A program made the translations under genes and the position numbers. The notes under the pieces were generated by a model. That model was not told where the DNA came from, did not search any database, and worked only from the letters and a program-made list of their open reading frames with translations. 64,000 nt of DNA, taken from Acidimicrobiales bacterium (GTDB lineage Bacteria > Actinomycetota > Acidimicrobiia > Acidimicrobiales > Bin134). Positions 42,566 to 51,415 of this stretch are shown piece after piece. Location: assembly GCA_965116535.1 (NCBI GenBank), contig OZ220703.1:385545-449544 (forward strand), in the 5' to 3' direction. Every line of letters starts with the position of its first letter. The first letter of the stretch is position 1.

Positions 42566-43639
42566 TCAGCCGTAATGGGCGGCGACGTTTTCGGGGTAGC
42601 TGCGCGAGAAGTAGTTCCAGAGCTGCTCGCCGTAGGTTGTGGGGCGATAGGAGCTGGACATGTCGGCCACTCCGGCCTCGGTTTCGGCAATGCTGGCCAT
42701 GAACCCGGCGCTGTTGTGGTGGGGGCTATCGGCCACAGCCTGGGCGAATCGGTCGCCGAGGGGCAGCGGGGCCAGACAAACATCCAGCGAGGGGCCGTGG
42801 AAATAGCCCGCCGAGTAGCGCTCTTCGGTGGTGATCACCTGATGGGCGGTGGCCACCAGGTAGTTGCCGGTCATGGCTTGGAGGGTTTCGCCAAGGTTGA
42901 TCACGTACGACTCCTCAATCGAGGGCACGTCGATCCACTCCCCCTCCTGGTTCTGTACTTGCAGCCCGGCGGTGGGCCCAGGGTCGAGCACGGTCAAGAA
43001 CCCGGTGTCGCGGTGGGCATTGACCCCGGCCTCGCCCTCGGGGGTGGGGGGATAGTGGATGAATTTGGCCAACGACATGGTTTGGGCTCCGAAGAACCGC
43101 TCCAGGTAGTCCTCCCCCAGCCCCAGCCCCAGAGATAGCGCCCCCAAGAGGCGGTTGGCCAAGGCGCCCAATTCGTCGAACCACTGGTTGGTGAGTTCTT
43201 GGTGACCGGGCAAAACCTCTTCGGGAAGCCACTGGTTGGGACCCAGCAGGCGCAGGTAGTAGGGCTCGACGTCGACGGGGTAGGCGGGCCACTCAGTCCA
43301 CCAGTCGATCTGCTCTCGGATGTCGGGACGGTTGTTGGTGTACTCGGCCCCTTCAGGCTCCCAGCCCCGGAAGTGGCGAGAGCGCCGCTTGTCGATCAAT
43401 TTCTTCTGCTCGCCGGACAGGGCGAAGAAGCGGTGCATCATGTCGAAGATGCCCTCGCTCAGCCCGCTGGACACTCCGTGGTTAACCACCAGCAAGAAGC
43501 CGACCTCGTGGCAGATTCGGCATAGCTCCTCGGCGATGGTCTCCCGCTCAGCCCGAGAACCCGACAGTGGACCCAGATCCACCACCGGAATCTGATCGAA
43601 GACGGGCGCGGCAGTCACCCCGTCAAGAGTAGCGGTCAT
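42566..43639 (-). CDS. 2-oxoglutarate/Fe(II)-dependent oxygenase (isopenicillin-N-synthase-like family)
   Basis: 357-aa ORF. The N-terminus matches the non-haem dioxygenase pattern (IPVVDLGPL). The facial triad and 2OG-binding pattern is AHRDTGFLTVL...GLQV...W..V......VINLGE.....TN.....AHQV....ERYSAGYF. Confidence 0.9.
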   Translation of the reverse strand: MTATLDGVTAAPVFDQIPVVDLGPLSGSRAERETIAEELCRICHEVGFLLVVNHGVSSGLSEGIFDMMHRFFALSGEQKKLIDKRRSRHFRGWEPEGAEYTNNRPDIREQIDWWTEWPAYPVDVEPYYLRLLGPNQWLPEEVLPGHQELTNQWFDELGALANRLLGALSLGLGLGEDYLERFFGAQTMSLAKFIHYPPTPEGEAGVNAHRDTGFLTVLDPGPTAGLQVQNQEGEWIDVPSIEESYVINLGETLQAMTGNYLVATAHQVITTEERYSAGYFHGPSLDVCLAPLPLGDRFAQAVADSPHHNSAGFMASIAETEAGVADMSSSYRPTTYGEQLWNYFSRSYPENVAAHYG

Positions 43640-43660
43640 CGCCCGAAGTTCTCCCGGCGA

Positions 43661-44128
43661 TCAGCCGAACTCTCCGCCCGCGAACCAGCGGTCGAAGGCG
43701 GGGCGCATGGCCACGTCGATCAGCTCGATCCTCATCCCCGCAGAGGGCGGCACCAGAAAGGCGAATCCTTCCAGGCCGCCACCCTCGGCGGCCCCGCCGT
43801 ACATCAGCTCGCACCCGCCGTCCTGCAAGGCGGCGATGTCGCCGTGAAGGTTCTCGGTCCAGTAGCCCATGTGGTTCAGGCCACCGTAGAGGTCGGCATC
43901 CCAGAACGAGCCCTTGGGGCCGTCGGCCACCTCAAGTTGCACCGGCCCTTCCACGGTGTAGGAGAACCGCACACTGGTGGGCACCACCTCGCCGTCTATC
44001 AGCAAGTCCAGATCAAGAGACTGCAACGAGTGCCAGGTCAGCCCGGTGGAGGCCGAGATTTCGGCCATAGCCTCCTCTACATCAGACACAACGATGCCGG
44101 TATGGAATGGGTCGGTGATCAAAGCCAT
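43661..44128 (-). CDS. VOC (glyoxalase / bleomycin-resistance / extradiol dioxygenase) family protein
   Basis: 155-aa ORF with the typical N-terminus FHTGIVVSDVEEAM and an internal NHMGYW. The size fits a two-module VOC fold. Confidence 0.75.
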   Translation of the reverse strand: MALITDPFHTGIVVSDVEEAMAEISASTGLTWHSLQSLDLDLLIDGEVVPTSVRFSYTVEGPVQLEVADGPKGSFWDADLYGGLNHMGYWTENLHGDIAALQDGGCELMYGGAAEGGGLEGFAFLVPPSAGMRIELIDVAMRPAFDRWFAGGEFG

Positions 44129-44152
44129 CCCGGCACGGTAGCTCGGTTAGAA

Positions 44153-45043
44153 CTAATCCGACTTCTCCAGGTCGTCGATGTCGATGACGAAATCCCGGGC
44201 GTTCTCGTTGAACTGGGCCACTGCGCCGATGGTCTTGGCCTTGGCGGTACCGCCTCGCAGAGCGGCCAGAGGATCGGTTTGGTCGCCTACATAGCCGAGG
44301 GCGAAGGCGCCTTGGGTGTAGCCCATCATTCGCAGCAGGCCGTCGTCGAGGGTGCGGGCGATTTCGGGCGGGCAGGCCAGGTACTGGTTCTCCTCCTGGC
44401 GAACCCAGCCTGCCGCGTAGGTGATGTTCACCCCCCGGCGCACGCCATCACTGGAGTTGGCCCCGGCGCCATGCAGCACCTTTCCTTCGTAAAACAGCAC
44501 GCTGCCCCGACCCATCTCGGCCTGGGCGTCGGGCAGTTGGAAAGACTCAGCATCAGAGAGTCCCGAGGAACCGGCCAGGATGTGAGTGGCACCGTTGGCC
44601 GAGGTGAAATCGGTGAGCGCCCACATGGTGTTGCACTGCACGTGGTAATCGGCGCCGAACGGGAAGAAGTCAAAGGCCATCTCGTCGCGGTGCAGCTTTT
44701 GGCGGGTCTCTCCCGGCTCCACTGAGATGATTTGGGTGAGGTGGAGTTGTACCGCGCTCACATGGTTGAGGAAGTGGCTCACCACCCCGACCACCACCGG
44801 GTCCATTACCAGCTCACGGGCAGTGGGACAGCGGGCCACCAGGGCGCCGGTGCGGCGGGTGAAGCGGCCGTCGTACTCGTCTCGCCCCGCGTCCGAAGCC
44901 TCGATGTAGGGCATGGCCTCGGTTTGGAGCCGGTCCATAGTGGCCGGGTCGGCCACATCGTCGACGATGGCGTAGCCGAAGCGTCGCAGGTGATCGCTTA
45001 CTTCGGCCGGGTCGGCGGTGGACGGGAAATGACTCAGGGCCAC
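44153..45043 (-). CDS. Phytanoyl-CoA dioxygenase (PhyH) family Fe(II)/2OG oxygenase
   Basis: 296-aa ORF with the LHRDE (HxD) motif, a distal VLHGAGAN histidine and a GVNITY arginine region. Overall PhyH-like layout. Confidence 0.8.
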   Translation of the reverse strand: MALSHFPSTADPAEVSDHLRRFGYAIVDDVADPATMDRLQTEAMPYIEASDAGRDEYDGRFTRRTGALVARCPTARELVMDPVVVGVVSHFLNHVSAVQLHLTQIISVEPGETRQKLHRDEMAFDFFPFGADYHVQCNTMWALTDFTSANGATHILAGSSGLSDAESFQLPDAQAEMGRGSVLFYEGKVLHGAGANSSDGVRRGVNITYAAGWVRQEENQYLACPPEIARTLDDGLLRMMGYTQGAFALGYVGDQTDPLAALRGGTAKAKTIGAVAQFNENARDFVIDIDDLEKSD

Positions 45044-45075
45044 GACAAGATGGTAAGCGGGCTAGTTTCCAAACT

Positions 45076-45930
45076 GTGACTCGACTGGTGATCCACGCCG
45101 ACGACGTGGGGATGTGCCACGGGGCCAACCGGGCTTACGTGGAGCTGTCGCACTTCGGCACCATCACCTCCGGCTCGGTGATGGTGCCGTGCCCGTGGTT
45201 CAGCGAGATTGCCGAGATCGCCGCCGGTGATGACTCCCTCGACTGCGGCATCCATCTCACCCTCAACGCCGAGAAGAAGCACTACCGCTGGGGTCCGGTG
45301 AGCTCGGTGGGTCCGTCTTCGGGGTTGGTTGACGAGCACGGTTTGTTGTGGCGCGATGTGGCCTCGGTTCGGCGCCACGCCCACCCCGAGGCGGTGGAAC
45401 AGGAATGGCGGGCGCAGATCGACCGGGCGCTGGAATTCGGGATCAACGTGACCCACCTCGACGCCCACATGGGCTCGGCGCTAGCCCCGGAGTGGTGCGA
45501 CCGGTATGTGGCCGTGGGCATCGACTACGGCGTGCCGGTGCTCATTTGCGACTCGTTGGCCGCCTACGGACCCAACCGCCATGTGGCCAGCTCCCAGGAG
45601 GCTCATGCCGCCGACCAGGGCATCGGGGCGGCGGCGGCCACCGCTCGGGCTGCGGGTATGCCGGTGTTCGATTTGGTGCTGGAGACCGACTTCTCCCGGC
45701 CACCGCACCAGCCGGCCGACTACCAAGGGATGCTCGGCGGCCTGGAAGAGGGCTTGGTGTTCTGCGCGTTCCATCCCAACGCCCCCGGCGGGGCCGAGAT
45801 AGAAGCGATCGAGCCCGACACGTTCCATGTCCGCACCGACGAATACGAGCTATTCGGCCTTGCCGACTGGAAGGAGTGGCTAACCAGCCAGCCCTATGAG
45901 CTGGCCTCCATGGCTGATCTGGCTACCTGA
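45076..45930 (+). CDS. YdjC/ChbG-family carbohydrate deacetylase-like protein
   Basis: 284-aa ORF with a GTG start. The N-terminus LVIHADDVGMCHGANRA and the HLDAHMG motif are characteristic of the YdjC family. Confidence 0.8.
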   Translation: MTRLVIHADDVGMCHGANRAYVELSHFGTITSGSVMVPCPWFSEIAEIAAGDDSLDCGIHLTLNAEKKHYRWGPVSSVGPSSGLVDEHGLLWRDVASVRRHAHPEAVEQEWRAQIDRALEFGINVTHLDAHMGSALAPEWCDRYVAVGIDYGVPVLICDSLAAYGPNRHVASSQEAHAADQGIGAAAATARAAGMPVFDLVLETDFSRPPHQPADYQGMLGGLEEGLVFCAFHPNAPGGAEIEAIEPDTFHVRTDEYELFGLADWKEWLTSQPYELASMADLAT

Positions 45931-46635
45931 TCAGCCCGTGGGGTGCGCGTCGAGGTGGCGTTGGCCTTGGCGGCGCATGAGGGTCCAGGTCTGCTCCAGG
46001 TAGCCGGCTTGGTCGTCCACCAGCTTCTTCAGGCCGAGCCGCAGGTGCTCGGGGATCTCCGGTGCGTCGGTGGGTTCGAGTCTCACGTCGAGCTGGGCCT
46101 GGTCTTCCAGGGTGGCGTGCAGGGCCGCGGCCCGGGCCAGGGTTTCGCCGACGGTGATGGCGCCGTGCCAGGGGATGATCACAGTGTGGTTGGTCTCGAT
46201 GGCCGGGCCAATGGACTCGAAGCGGTCGTCGGGGCTGAGCACCTGGTCGTCATGGAAGATGCAACAAAGGTTGTGGCGCATCTTGAGCGGGCGGGCCAGT
46301 GAGGCCAGCGCGGTGATCCACCGGCCGTGGCTGTGGACGATGGCGTTGACGTCGTTGCGGTGCTGGTACACCCCGGCGTGGAACTCGAAGCCCAGGCTCA
46401 CCTCCCGGTTGCCCTCCAGCAGGTTGCCGTCGTAATCGAGCTTCATCACATCGTCGGGAGTTATCTCGCCCAAGGTTCGGTCGAAGGCGTTGATCCAGAA
46501 GGCGTCCTCGCCGGTGGCCCGAACGCTCACGTGGCCGCCAATGCCGGTGTCACATCCCCGTACGGTCAGGGCCCGACTGGCCAACACGATGTCGTGGACA
46601 ATCTCCGGTGCAGTCATGGCTCTAGGGTATGGCAC
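45931..46635 (-). CDS. Class II aldolase/adducin-family protein
   Basis: 234-aa ORF with GGHVSVR, NAIVHSHGRW (metal-binding His cluster) and IIPWHGAITVGET motifs. The start may instead be the ATG at 46617 (MTAPEIV). Confidence 0.8.
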   Translation of the reverse strand: MPYPRAMTAPEIVHDIVLASRALTVRGCDTGIGGHVSVRATGEDAFWINAFDRTLGEITPDDVMKLDYDGNLLEGNREVSLGFEFHAGVYQHRNDVNAIVHSHGRWITALASLARPLKMRHNLCCIFHDDQVLSPDDRFESIGPAIETNHTVIIPWHGAITVGETLARAAALHATLEDQAQLDVRLEPTDAPEIPEHLRLGLKKLVDDQAGYLEQTWTLMRRQGQRHLDAHPTG

Positions 46636-46651
46636 AGATGAGAGCTAGCCA

Positions 46652-47611
46652 ATGACGACCGTAGTGGTGCTGGGCGCGGGTGCGCTGGGGTCGGTGTACG
46701 GCGCGTGGTTCGCCGAGACCGGTGCCGATGTGACCCTGGTGGCCCGTCCCGCCCACGCCGAAGCCATAAGCCAGGGTGGCCTGCGCATCGACGACCAGCC
46801 TCCGATGGCAATCAGAGCAGTGTCGGATCCTGCCGATGCCGGCGACTGCGACATCTTGCTTTTGGCCAGCAAAGCGTTTGACAACCCCGAACTGCTGACG
46901 GGCTACCGGGGAACCGCTCAAGCGGCCTTCTCAGTGCAGAACGGGGTGCGCCAGGCCGAGCCGCTGGTGGCTCGGTTCGGATCGGCCGCGGTGGGCTGCG
47001 TGTCGCTGGTGGGCGGCACACTGGGCGAGCCCGGGCACGCTTCCCACTCCTTTGACGGCCCCACCCTGCTGGGCGACTTGTCCACCACTGCGACGGGCAC
47101 CGCCGACGCCATCGCCCAAGCCTTGCCGGAGCGCAAGCTCGAGGTTCACGATGACATTGCCCCTGCGCTGTGGTCCAAAGGAGTGCTGGCCGCCGCAGCC
47201 ATGGGGGTGGTGGGGCTGACCCGGCTGGTGTATCACCGGATATTCCTCATGGCCGAGACCCGGGACGTGTTCTACGACCTGGCCTGCGAGGGGGCGGCCG
47301 TCGCCGCCGCCGAGGGAGTGGAGTTGATCGACGGTCACGGGCCGTTCCAGATACGTGCTCTGACCCAGGAGAGCCGAGCGGAAGCCCATCAGCGGCTAGC
47401 CGCGGTGGGCGAGGGCATGGAGGCGGCCGGGGAGACCGGAGTGCGAGTATCCATATTGCAGAGCATCGACCGGGGTCGGCCTTTCGAAGTGCAAGCGGTG
47501 TTCGGGGACTTGGTGGATATCGCCGACGGCCACGGCCTTGAGGTGCCAACGCTGCGAGCCGTCACGCGGCTGCTGGTTGCGGCCATGCCCGGGGCGTCGG
47601 CAGGCCCATGA
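46652..47611 (+). CDS. 2-dehydropantoate 2-reductase (ApbA/PanE) family oxidoreductase
   Basis: 319-aa ORF with an N-terminal Rossmann motif VVVLGAGALGSVYGAWFAETGADVTLVAR. Length and C-terminal helical domain fit the ApbA family. Confidence 0.8.
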   Translation: MTTVVVLGAGALGSVYGAWFAETGADVTLVARPAHAEAISQGGLRIDDQPPMAIRAVSDPADAGDCDILLLASKAFDNPELLTGYRGTAQAAFSVQNGVRQAEPLVARFGSAAVGCVSLVGGTLGEPGHASHSFDGPTLLGDLSTTATGTADAIAQALPERKLEVHDDIAPALWSKGVLAAAAMGVVGLTRLVYHRIFLMAETRDVFYDLACEGAAVAAAEGVELIDGHGPFQIRALTQESRAEAHQRLAAVGEGMEAAGETGVRVSILQSIDRGRPFEVQAVFGDLVDIADGHGLEVPTLRAVTRLLVAAMPGASAGP

Positions 47612-48792
47612 GGCTGCGCGCCCTGCCCGGGATGCTGGCCCGAGCCCCTAAGGGGGCGGCCCGGTGGCACTCCTACGCCGACTTCCGGGAGGAGGCCCGA
47701 CGACGGCTCCCCAAAATGGTGTTCGACTTCGTGGAGGGCGGCGCGGAGGGAGAGCTGACCATCGCCGCCAACCGGGCGGCCATCGACGAAGTGGAGCTGG
47801 CCCCGAGCTTTCTGGTGGACGTGGCCGACCGCGATGTGTCCACCACCGTGTTGGGTCAGCCAGTGTCCCTGCCGTTTCTGCTGGCCCCCGCCGGTTTGGC
47901 CACGCTGGTACACCGCGAGGGCGAGCTGGCTGCGGCCCGAGCAGCCGCCGCCGCGGGCACTGTCTTCGCGGTGAGCACCGGCTCGGGCTATTCGCTGGAG
48001 GACATCGCCGCCGCCGCTCCCAACGGCCGGCGCTGGTTTCAGCTCTATTTGTGGAAAAGCCCCGAGGTGGTGCGCTCACTGGTCAACCGAGCCCGAGACG
48101 CTGGCTACGAGGCCCTCGTGCTGACCGTGGACGTGCCCGTGGTGGGCAAGCGAGAGCGCGACCTGCGCAATGGCATGTCGCTTCCCCCCCGCATCCGCTG
48201 GAACAGCGCGCTGGACACCGCCCGGCGGCTGCGGTGGTTGCGTCAGCTGATCACTGGCCCCGACATCACCTTTGGAAGCCTGGTGGAGTTGGGCGTGGGC
48301 GACGACGCTAGCGCCATCGGGGCCTACGTCGACCGAGAGCTGGCCGACCCGTCTCGCACCTGGGACGATCTGGTCTGGCTGCGGCGAGAGTGGGAGGGTC
48401 CACTGCTGGTGAAGGGAGTCATCACCGTGGCCGACGCTGAGGCCGCCGTGAGATGGGGGGCCGACGGGGTGATCGTGTCCAACCACGGGGGTCGCCAACT
48501 CGATTCGGTGCCGGGGGCCTTTGCCGTGCTCCCTCAGATCGCCGAAGCGGTGGACGACCGGGCCGAGGTTCTGGTGGACGGCGGCTGCCAGAGGGGTTCC
48601 GACGTGGTGAAGGCCCGGGCCCTGGGTGCCCAAGCGGTGATGGGCGGGCGGAGCTGGTTCTGGGGTCTGGCGGTGGCCGGCGAGGCCGGAGTGGCCCGCA
48701 TACTCGACACATACCGCACCGACATCGACCGCACACTGGCGCTGATAGGTCGTCCCCGCTTCGACGACATCGCCCCTGACCTGGTGACCTGA
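47608..48792 (+). CDS. FMN-dependent alpha-hydroxy-acid dehydrogenase/oxidase family protein (LldD / glycolate-oxidase-like)
   Basis: 394-aa ORF with an ATGA overlap with the upstream gene. Motifs seen: RWFQLY, ALVLTVD, LLVKGV, VSNHGGRQLD and DGG.RRG.DV-like (DGGCQRGSDV). Confidence 0.88.
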   Translation: MRLRALPGMLARAPKGAARWHSYADFREEARRRLPKMVFDFVEGGAEGELTIAANRAAIDEVELAPSFLVDVADRDVSTTVLGQPVSLPFLLAPAGLATLVHREGELAAARAAAAAGTVFAVSTGSGYSLEDIAAAAPNGRRWFQLYLWKSPEVVRSLVNRARDAGYEALVLTVDVPVVGKRERDLRNGMSLPPRIRWNSALDTARRLRWLRQLITGPDITFGSLVELGVGDDASAIGAYVDRELADPSRTWDDLVWLRREWEGPLLVKGVITVADAEAAVRWGADGVIVSNHGGRQLDSVPGAFAVLPQIAEAVDDRAEVLVDGGCQRGSDVVKARALGAQAVMGGRSWFWGLAVAGEAGVARILDTYRTDIDRTLALIGRPRFDDIAPDLVT

Positions 48793-48891
48793 CCGGAGTG
48801 CGAATTCGGATATGAGCGACCATTTGACCCATTGTTGCTATTCGCCTGGTGTGGGCTTACGCTTTGGTATCCCGCATTCAGCCAACAAACC

Positions 48892-48898
48892 AGGAGGG
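48892..48898 (+). promoter_or_regulatory. Shine-Dalgarno sequence for the substrate-binding protein gene
   Basis: AGGAGGG lies 6 nt upstream of the in-frame GTG at 48905. Confidence 0.6.
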
Positions 48899-48904
48899 AC
48901 AGCT

Positions 48905-50221
48905 GTGGATGGGTCTGGATTCTTCAGAAAACATCGTCGGGCATGGACCATATTGCTCGCCATGGTGGCGGTGTTCTCGCTGCTGGCAACAAGTTGCGGC
49001 AACGACGATGGCGTTGACATCGGTGACCGGGGCACTGCCATGGGCGACGGCTCGCTGGGCATTGTCGAGGTTGAGGAGGGCGACGCTATCCAGATCCGCT
49101 CGCTGGAGGCCATCACCGGCGATGTGGCCTTCTTGGGCTTGCCCAATCAACGTGCAGTCGAGTTCGCCATCGAGCACTTTGGGCAGATCCACGGCTTTGA
49201 TGTCGACATGGGCACAGGCCTCGACGATCTGTGCTCCGCCGATGGCGGACAGGCCGCGGCCCAGATCATTGTCGCCGACGAAGACGTAATCGGGGTGATT
49301 GGCACATCGTGCTCCGGCGCGGCGGTGGCCGCAGCGCCACTCATCACTAACGCAGGCATGGTGATGATCTCGGCGTCGAATACCTCGCCCGCGCTGACAT
49401 CGGATCTTGCCGGCACAGAGGGGGAGAATCGCAGCGTCGGCTACTACCGCACAGCGCACAACGACCGTGCTCAGGGCGAGGCCGTGTCCACGTTCGTTCT
49501 TGAGGAGTTGGGACTCACCAAGGCCGCGACAATCCACGACGGCGACCCCTATACACAAGGATTGGCCGAGGCATTCAAGGATTTCTTTGAGCGCGACGGA
49601 GGCACAGTGACCGCCGCGACGGCGGTAAACAAGGACGACACCGACATGGTCCCGGTCTTGACGGAGATTGCAGCAAGCTCACCTGAGCTGTTGTTCTTTC
49701 CGATCTTCCAACCGGCGGGCAACTTCGTGGCGGATCAGGCCCCGGGGGTCTCAGGTCTGGAGAGCACTGTTCTGATGGGGGCTGACGGTCTGCTCAATCT
49801 CGACTACCTCGCGTTGCCGCAGACAGCCGGCATGTACCTGTCGGGCCCCGATACGCGGTTCGGGTCGAACGAGAATGAGAGCACCGGAACGACCGCCGAC
49901 GAGTTCTTGGAAGTGTACGAAGAGTTATTTGGCGAGCGGCCCGCTGCGCCATTCTGGGCCCACGCATACGACGCAGCAACTTTGCTGCTCAAGGCAATCA
50001 AGGCCGCTTCGTGGGTGGATAGCGGCACGCTGATGATCGACCGTCAGGGCATCCGCGACTACCTCAATGGCGTGCAAGGCTTCGAAGGCCTGATCGGCAC
50101 GATCAACTGCGATGAGTTCGGCGACTGCGGTGCATCTCGAATCACCGTTGTCCAGAACATCGGTGGTGAGGAGAACGCCGACGCAAGCATGGAGAACGTG
50201 GTGTACGCGTGGGCCAGATGA
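48905..50221 (+). CDS. ABC transporter substrate-binding lipoprotein, branched-chain amino acid (LivJ/LivK-like, type I periplasmic binding fold)
   Basis: The track ORF starts at 48812. I prefer the GTG at 48905 because of the strong SD and because it yields VDGSGFFRKHRRAWTILLAMVAVFSLLATSCGNDDG, a basic n-region followed by the lipobox LLATSC. The rest is collinear with Leu/Ile/Val-binding proteins, and the gene leads a livHMGF-type operon. Confidence 0.85.
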   Translation: MDGSGFFRKHRRAWTILLAMVAVFSLLATSCGNDDGVDIGDRGTAMGDGSLGIVEVEEGDAIQIRSLEAITGDVAFLGLPNQRAVEFAIEHFGQIHGFDVDMGTGLDDLCSADGGQAAAQIIVADEDVIGVIGTSCSGAAVAAAPLITNAGMVMISASNTSPALTSDLAGTEGENRSVGYYRTAHNDRAQGEAVSTFVLEELGLTKAATIHDGDPYTQGLAEAFKDFFERDGGTVTAATAVNKDDTDMVPVLTEIAASSPELLFFPIFQPAGNFVADQAPGVSGLESTVLMGADGLLNLDYLALPQTAGMYLSGPDTRFGSNENESTGTTADEFLEVYEELFGERPAAPFWAHAYDAATLLLKAIKAASWVDSGTLMIDRQGIRDYLNGVQGFEGLIGTINCDEFGDCGASRITVVQNIGGEENADASMENVVYAWAR

Positions 50222-50263
50222 GATGATCGCCCTGATTGCATGCCGATGCTGAATTCGCTCTAG

Positions 50264-51415
50264 TTGCGAAGGCGCGACTCGATGGCTCGCGCTGAAGTAC
50301 GTCCCGTGCGACGCCGTGCTCGTAAATCGCGCACCGGTGTCGACTGGTTCCTTACCTTCATGCGGGTGGCCGCGCTCACGGTTATAGGTCTGGGTCTGCT
50401 GGCATTTATCGCCCAGGAGATCAACACCGACAATCCGTTCGCCCAGTGGGCCAACCCCGACGCCACCGGCCTCACCGGCGCCCAGTTCCAAGGGCTGATT
50501 ATTTCGGGGGTCACCCAGGGCGCCATGTACGGGTTGATCGCCTTGGGATACTCGATGGTCTACGGGGTGCTCGGGTTCATCAACTTCGCCCACGGCGAGG
50601 TGTTCATGGTGGGAGCCATGACCGGCATGATCACCTCCAACAAGCTGGCTGACGCCGGATTGTGGGAGAGCAACTTCGTCGGCTCCCTTGTGTTCATCAT
50701 GGTCGTGTCGATCCTGGTGTGCTCATTGACTGCGGTCATCATGGAACGGGTGGCCTATCGGCCGCTGCGGGGGTCCCCCCGGCTGATACCGCTGATCACG
50801 TCGATCGGCGTGTCCTTCTTCCTCCAGAACGCGTCAGTCGTGCTGCTCGGGCCCGCGGCCAAGGCCTATCCCGACGTGCCCGACTGGATAAGGACAAAGC
50901 ACACGTTCCTGGATATCGAGGGAGCCAAAATACTGGTGATCTTGGTGGCGGCGGCTTCGATGATCTGCCTGTGGTACTTCGTGGAACGCACCAAGAGCGG
51001 CAAGGCCATGCGGGCCGTAGCCGAAGACGCCGAGATTGCGGCGCTGATGGGCATCAACGTCAACCGCACCATCGTGAAGGTGTTCGCGCTAGGCGGGGCC
51101 ATGGCGGGGCTGGCCGGGATCCTGTGGGGAATCTTGTTCCGCAGCGTGATCCACACCACCGGCTTCCTCCCCGGCATCAAGGCCTTCAGCGCCGCGGTGG
51201 TGGGCGGCATCGGCCATCTGGGCGGGGCCATGGCTGGAGGGCTCTCCATCGGAGTGGCCGAATCGGTGGGGCCGCTGGTAATCCTTGAACCGCTGGGGGT
51301 GAGCGGCGTATCGCAACTGCGCGATGCGGTGGCTTTCGCCGTGCTCATCGGCGTGCTGTTGCTGCGGCCCGCTGGGCTGTTCGGCGAGCGCTTGCCAGCT
51401 GAGGATCGCACATGA
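50264..51415 (+). CDS. livH: Branched-chain amino acid ABC transporter permease (LivH-type) with an N-terminal extension
   Basis: 383-aa ORF with the conserved core GLIISGVTQGAMYGLIALGYSMVYGVLGFINFAHGEVFMVGAM. The start is uncertain (TTG 50264 or ATG 50282). Confidence 0.88.
   Translation: MRRRDSMARAEVRPVRRRARKSRTGVDWFLTFMRVAALTVIGLGLLAFIAQEINTDNPFAQWANPDATGLTGAQFQGLIISGVTQGAMYGLIALGYSMVYGVLGFINFAHGEVFMVGAMTGMITSNKLADAGLWESNFVGSLVFIMVVSILVCSLTAVIMERVAYRPLRGSPRLIPLITSIGVSFFLQNASVVLLGPAAKAYPDVPDWIRTKHTFLDIEGAKILVILVAAASMICLWYFVERTKSGKAMRAVAEDAEIAALMGINVNRTIVKVFALGGAMAGLAGILWGILFRSVIHTTGFLPGIKAFSAAVVGGIGHLGGAMAGGLSIGVAESVGPLVILEPLGVSGVSQLRDAVAFAVLIGVLLLRPAGLFGERLPAEDRT

Noticed and set aside
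42310-42783. ORFs 42310-42783 (-), 42349-42702 (+), 42017-42244 (+) and 42074-42313 (-).
   Set aside because: They overlap the two tRNA genes, the terminator hairpin or the 3' end of the oxygenase gene. Their sequences are low-complexity P/R/A-rich with no start-site support.
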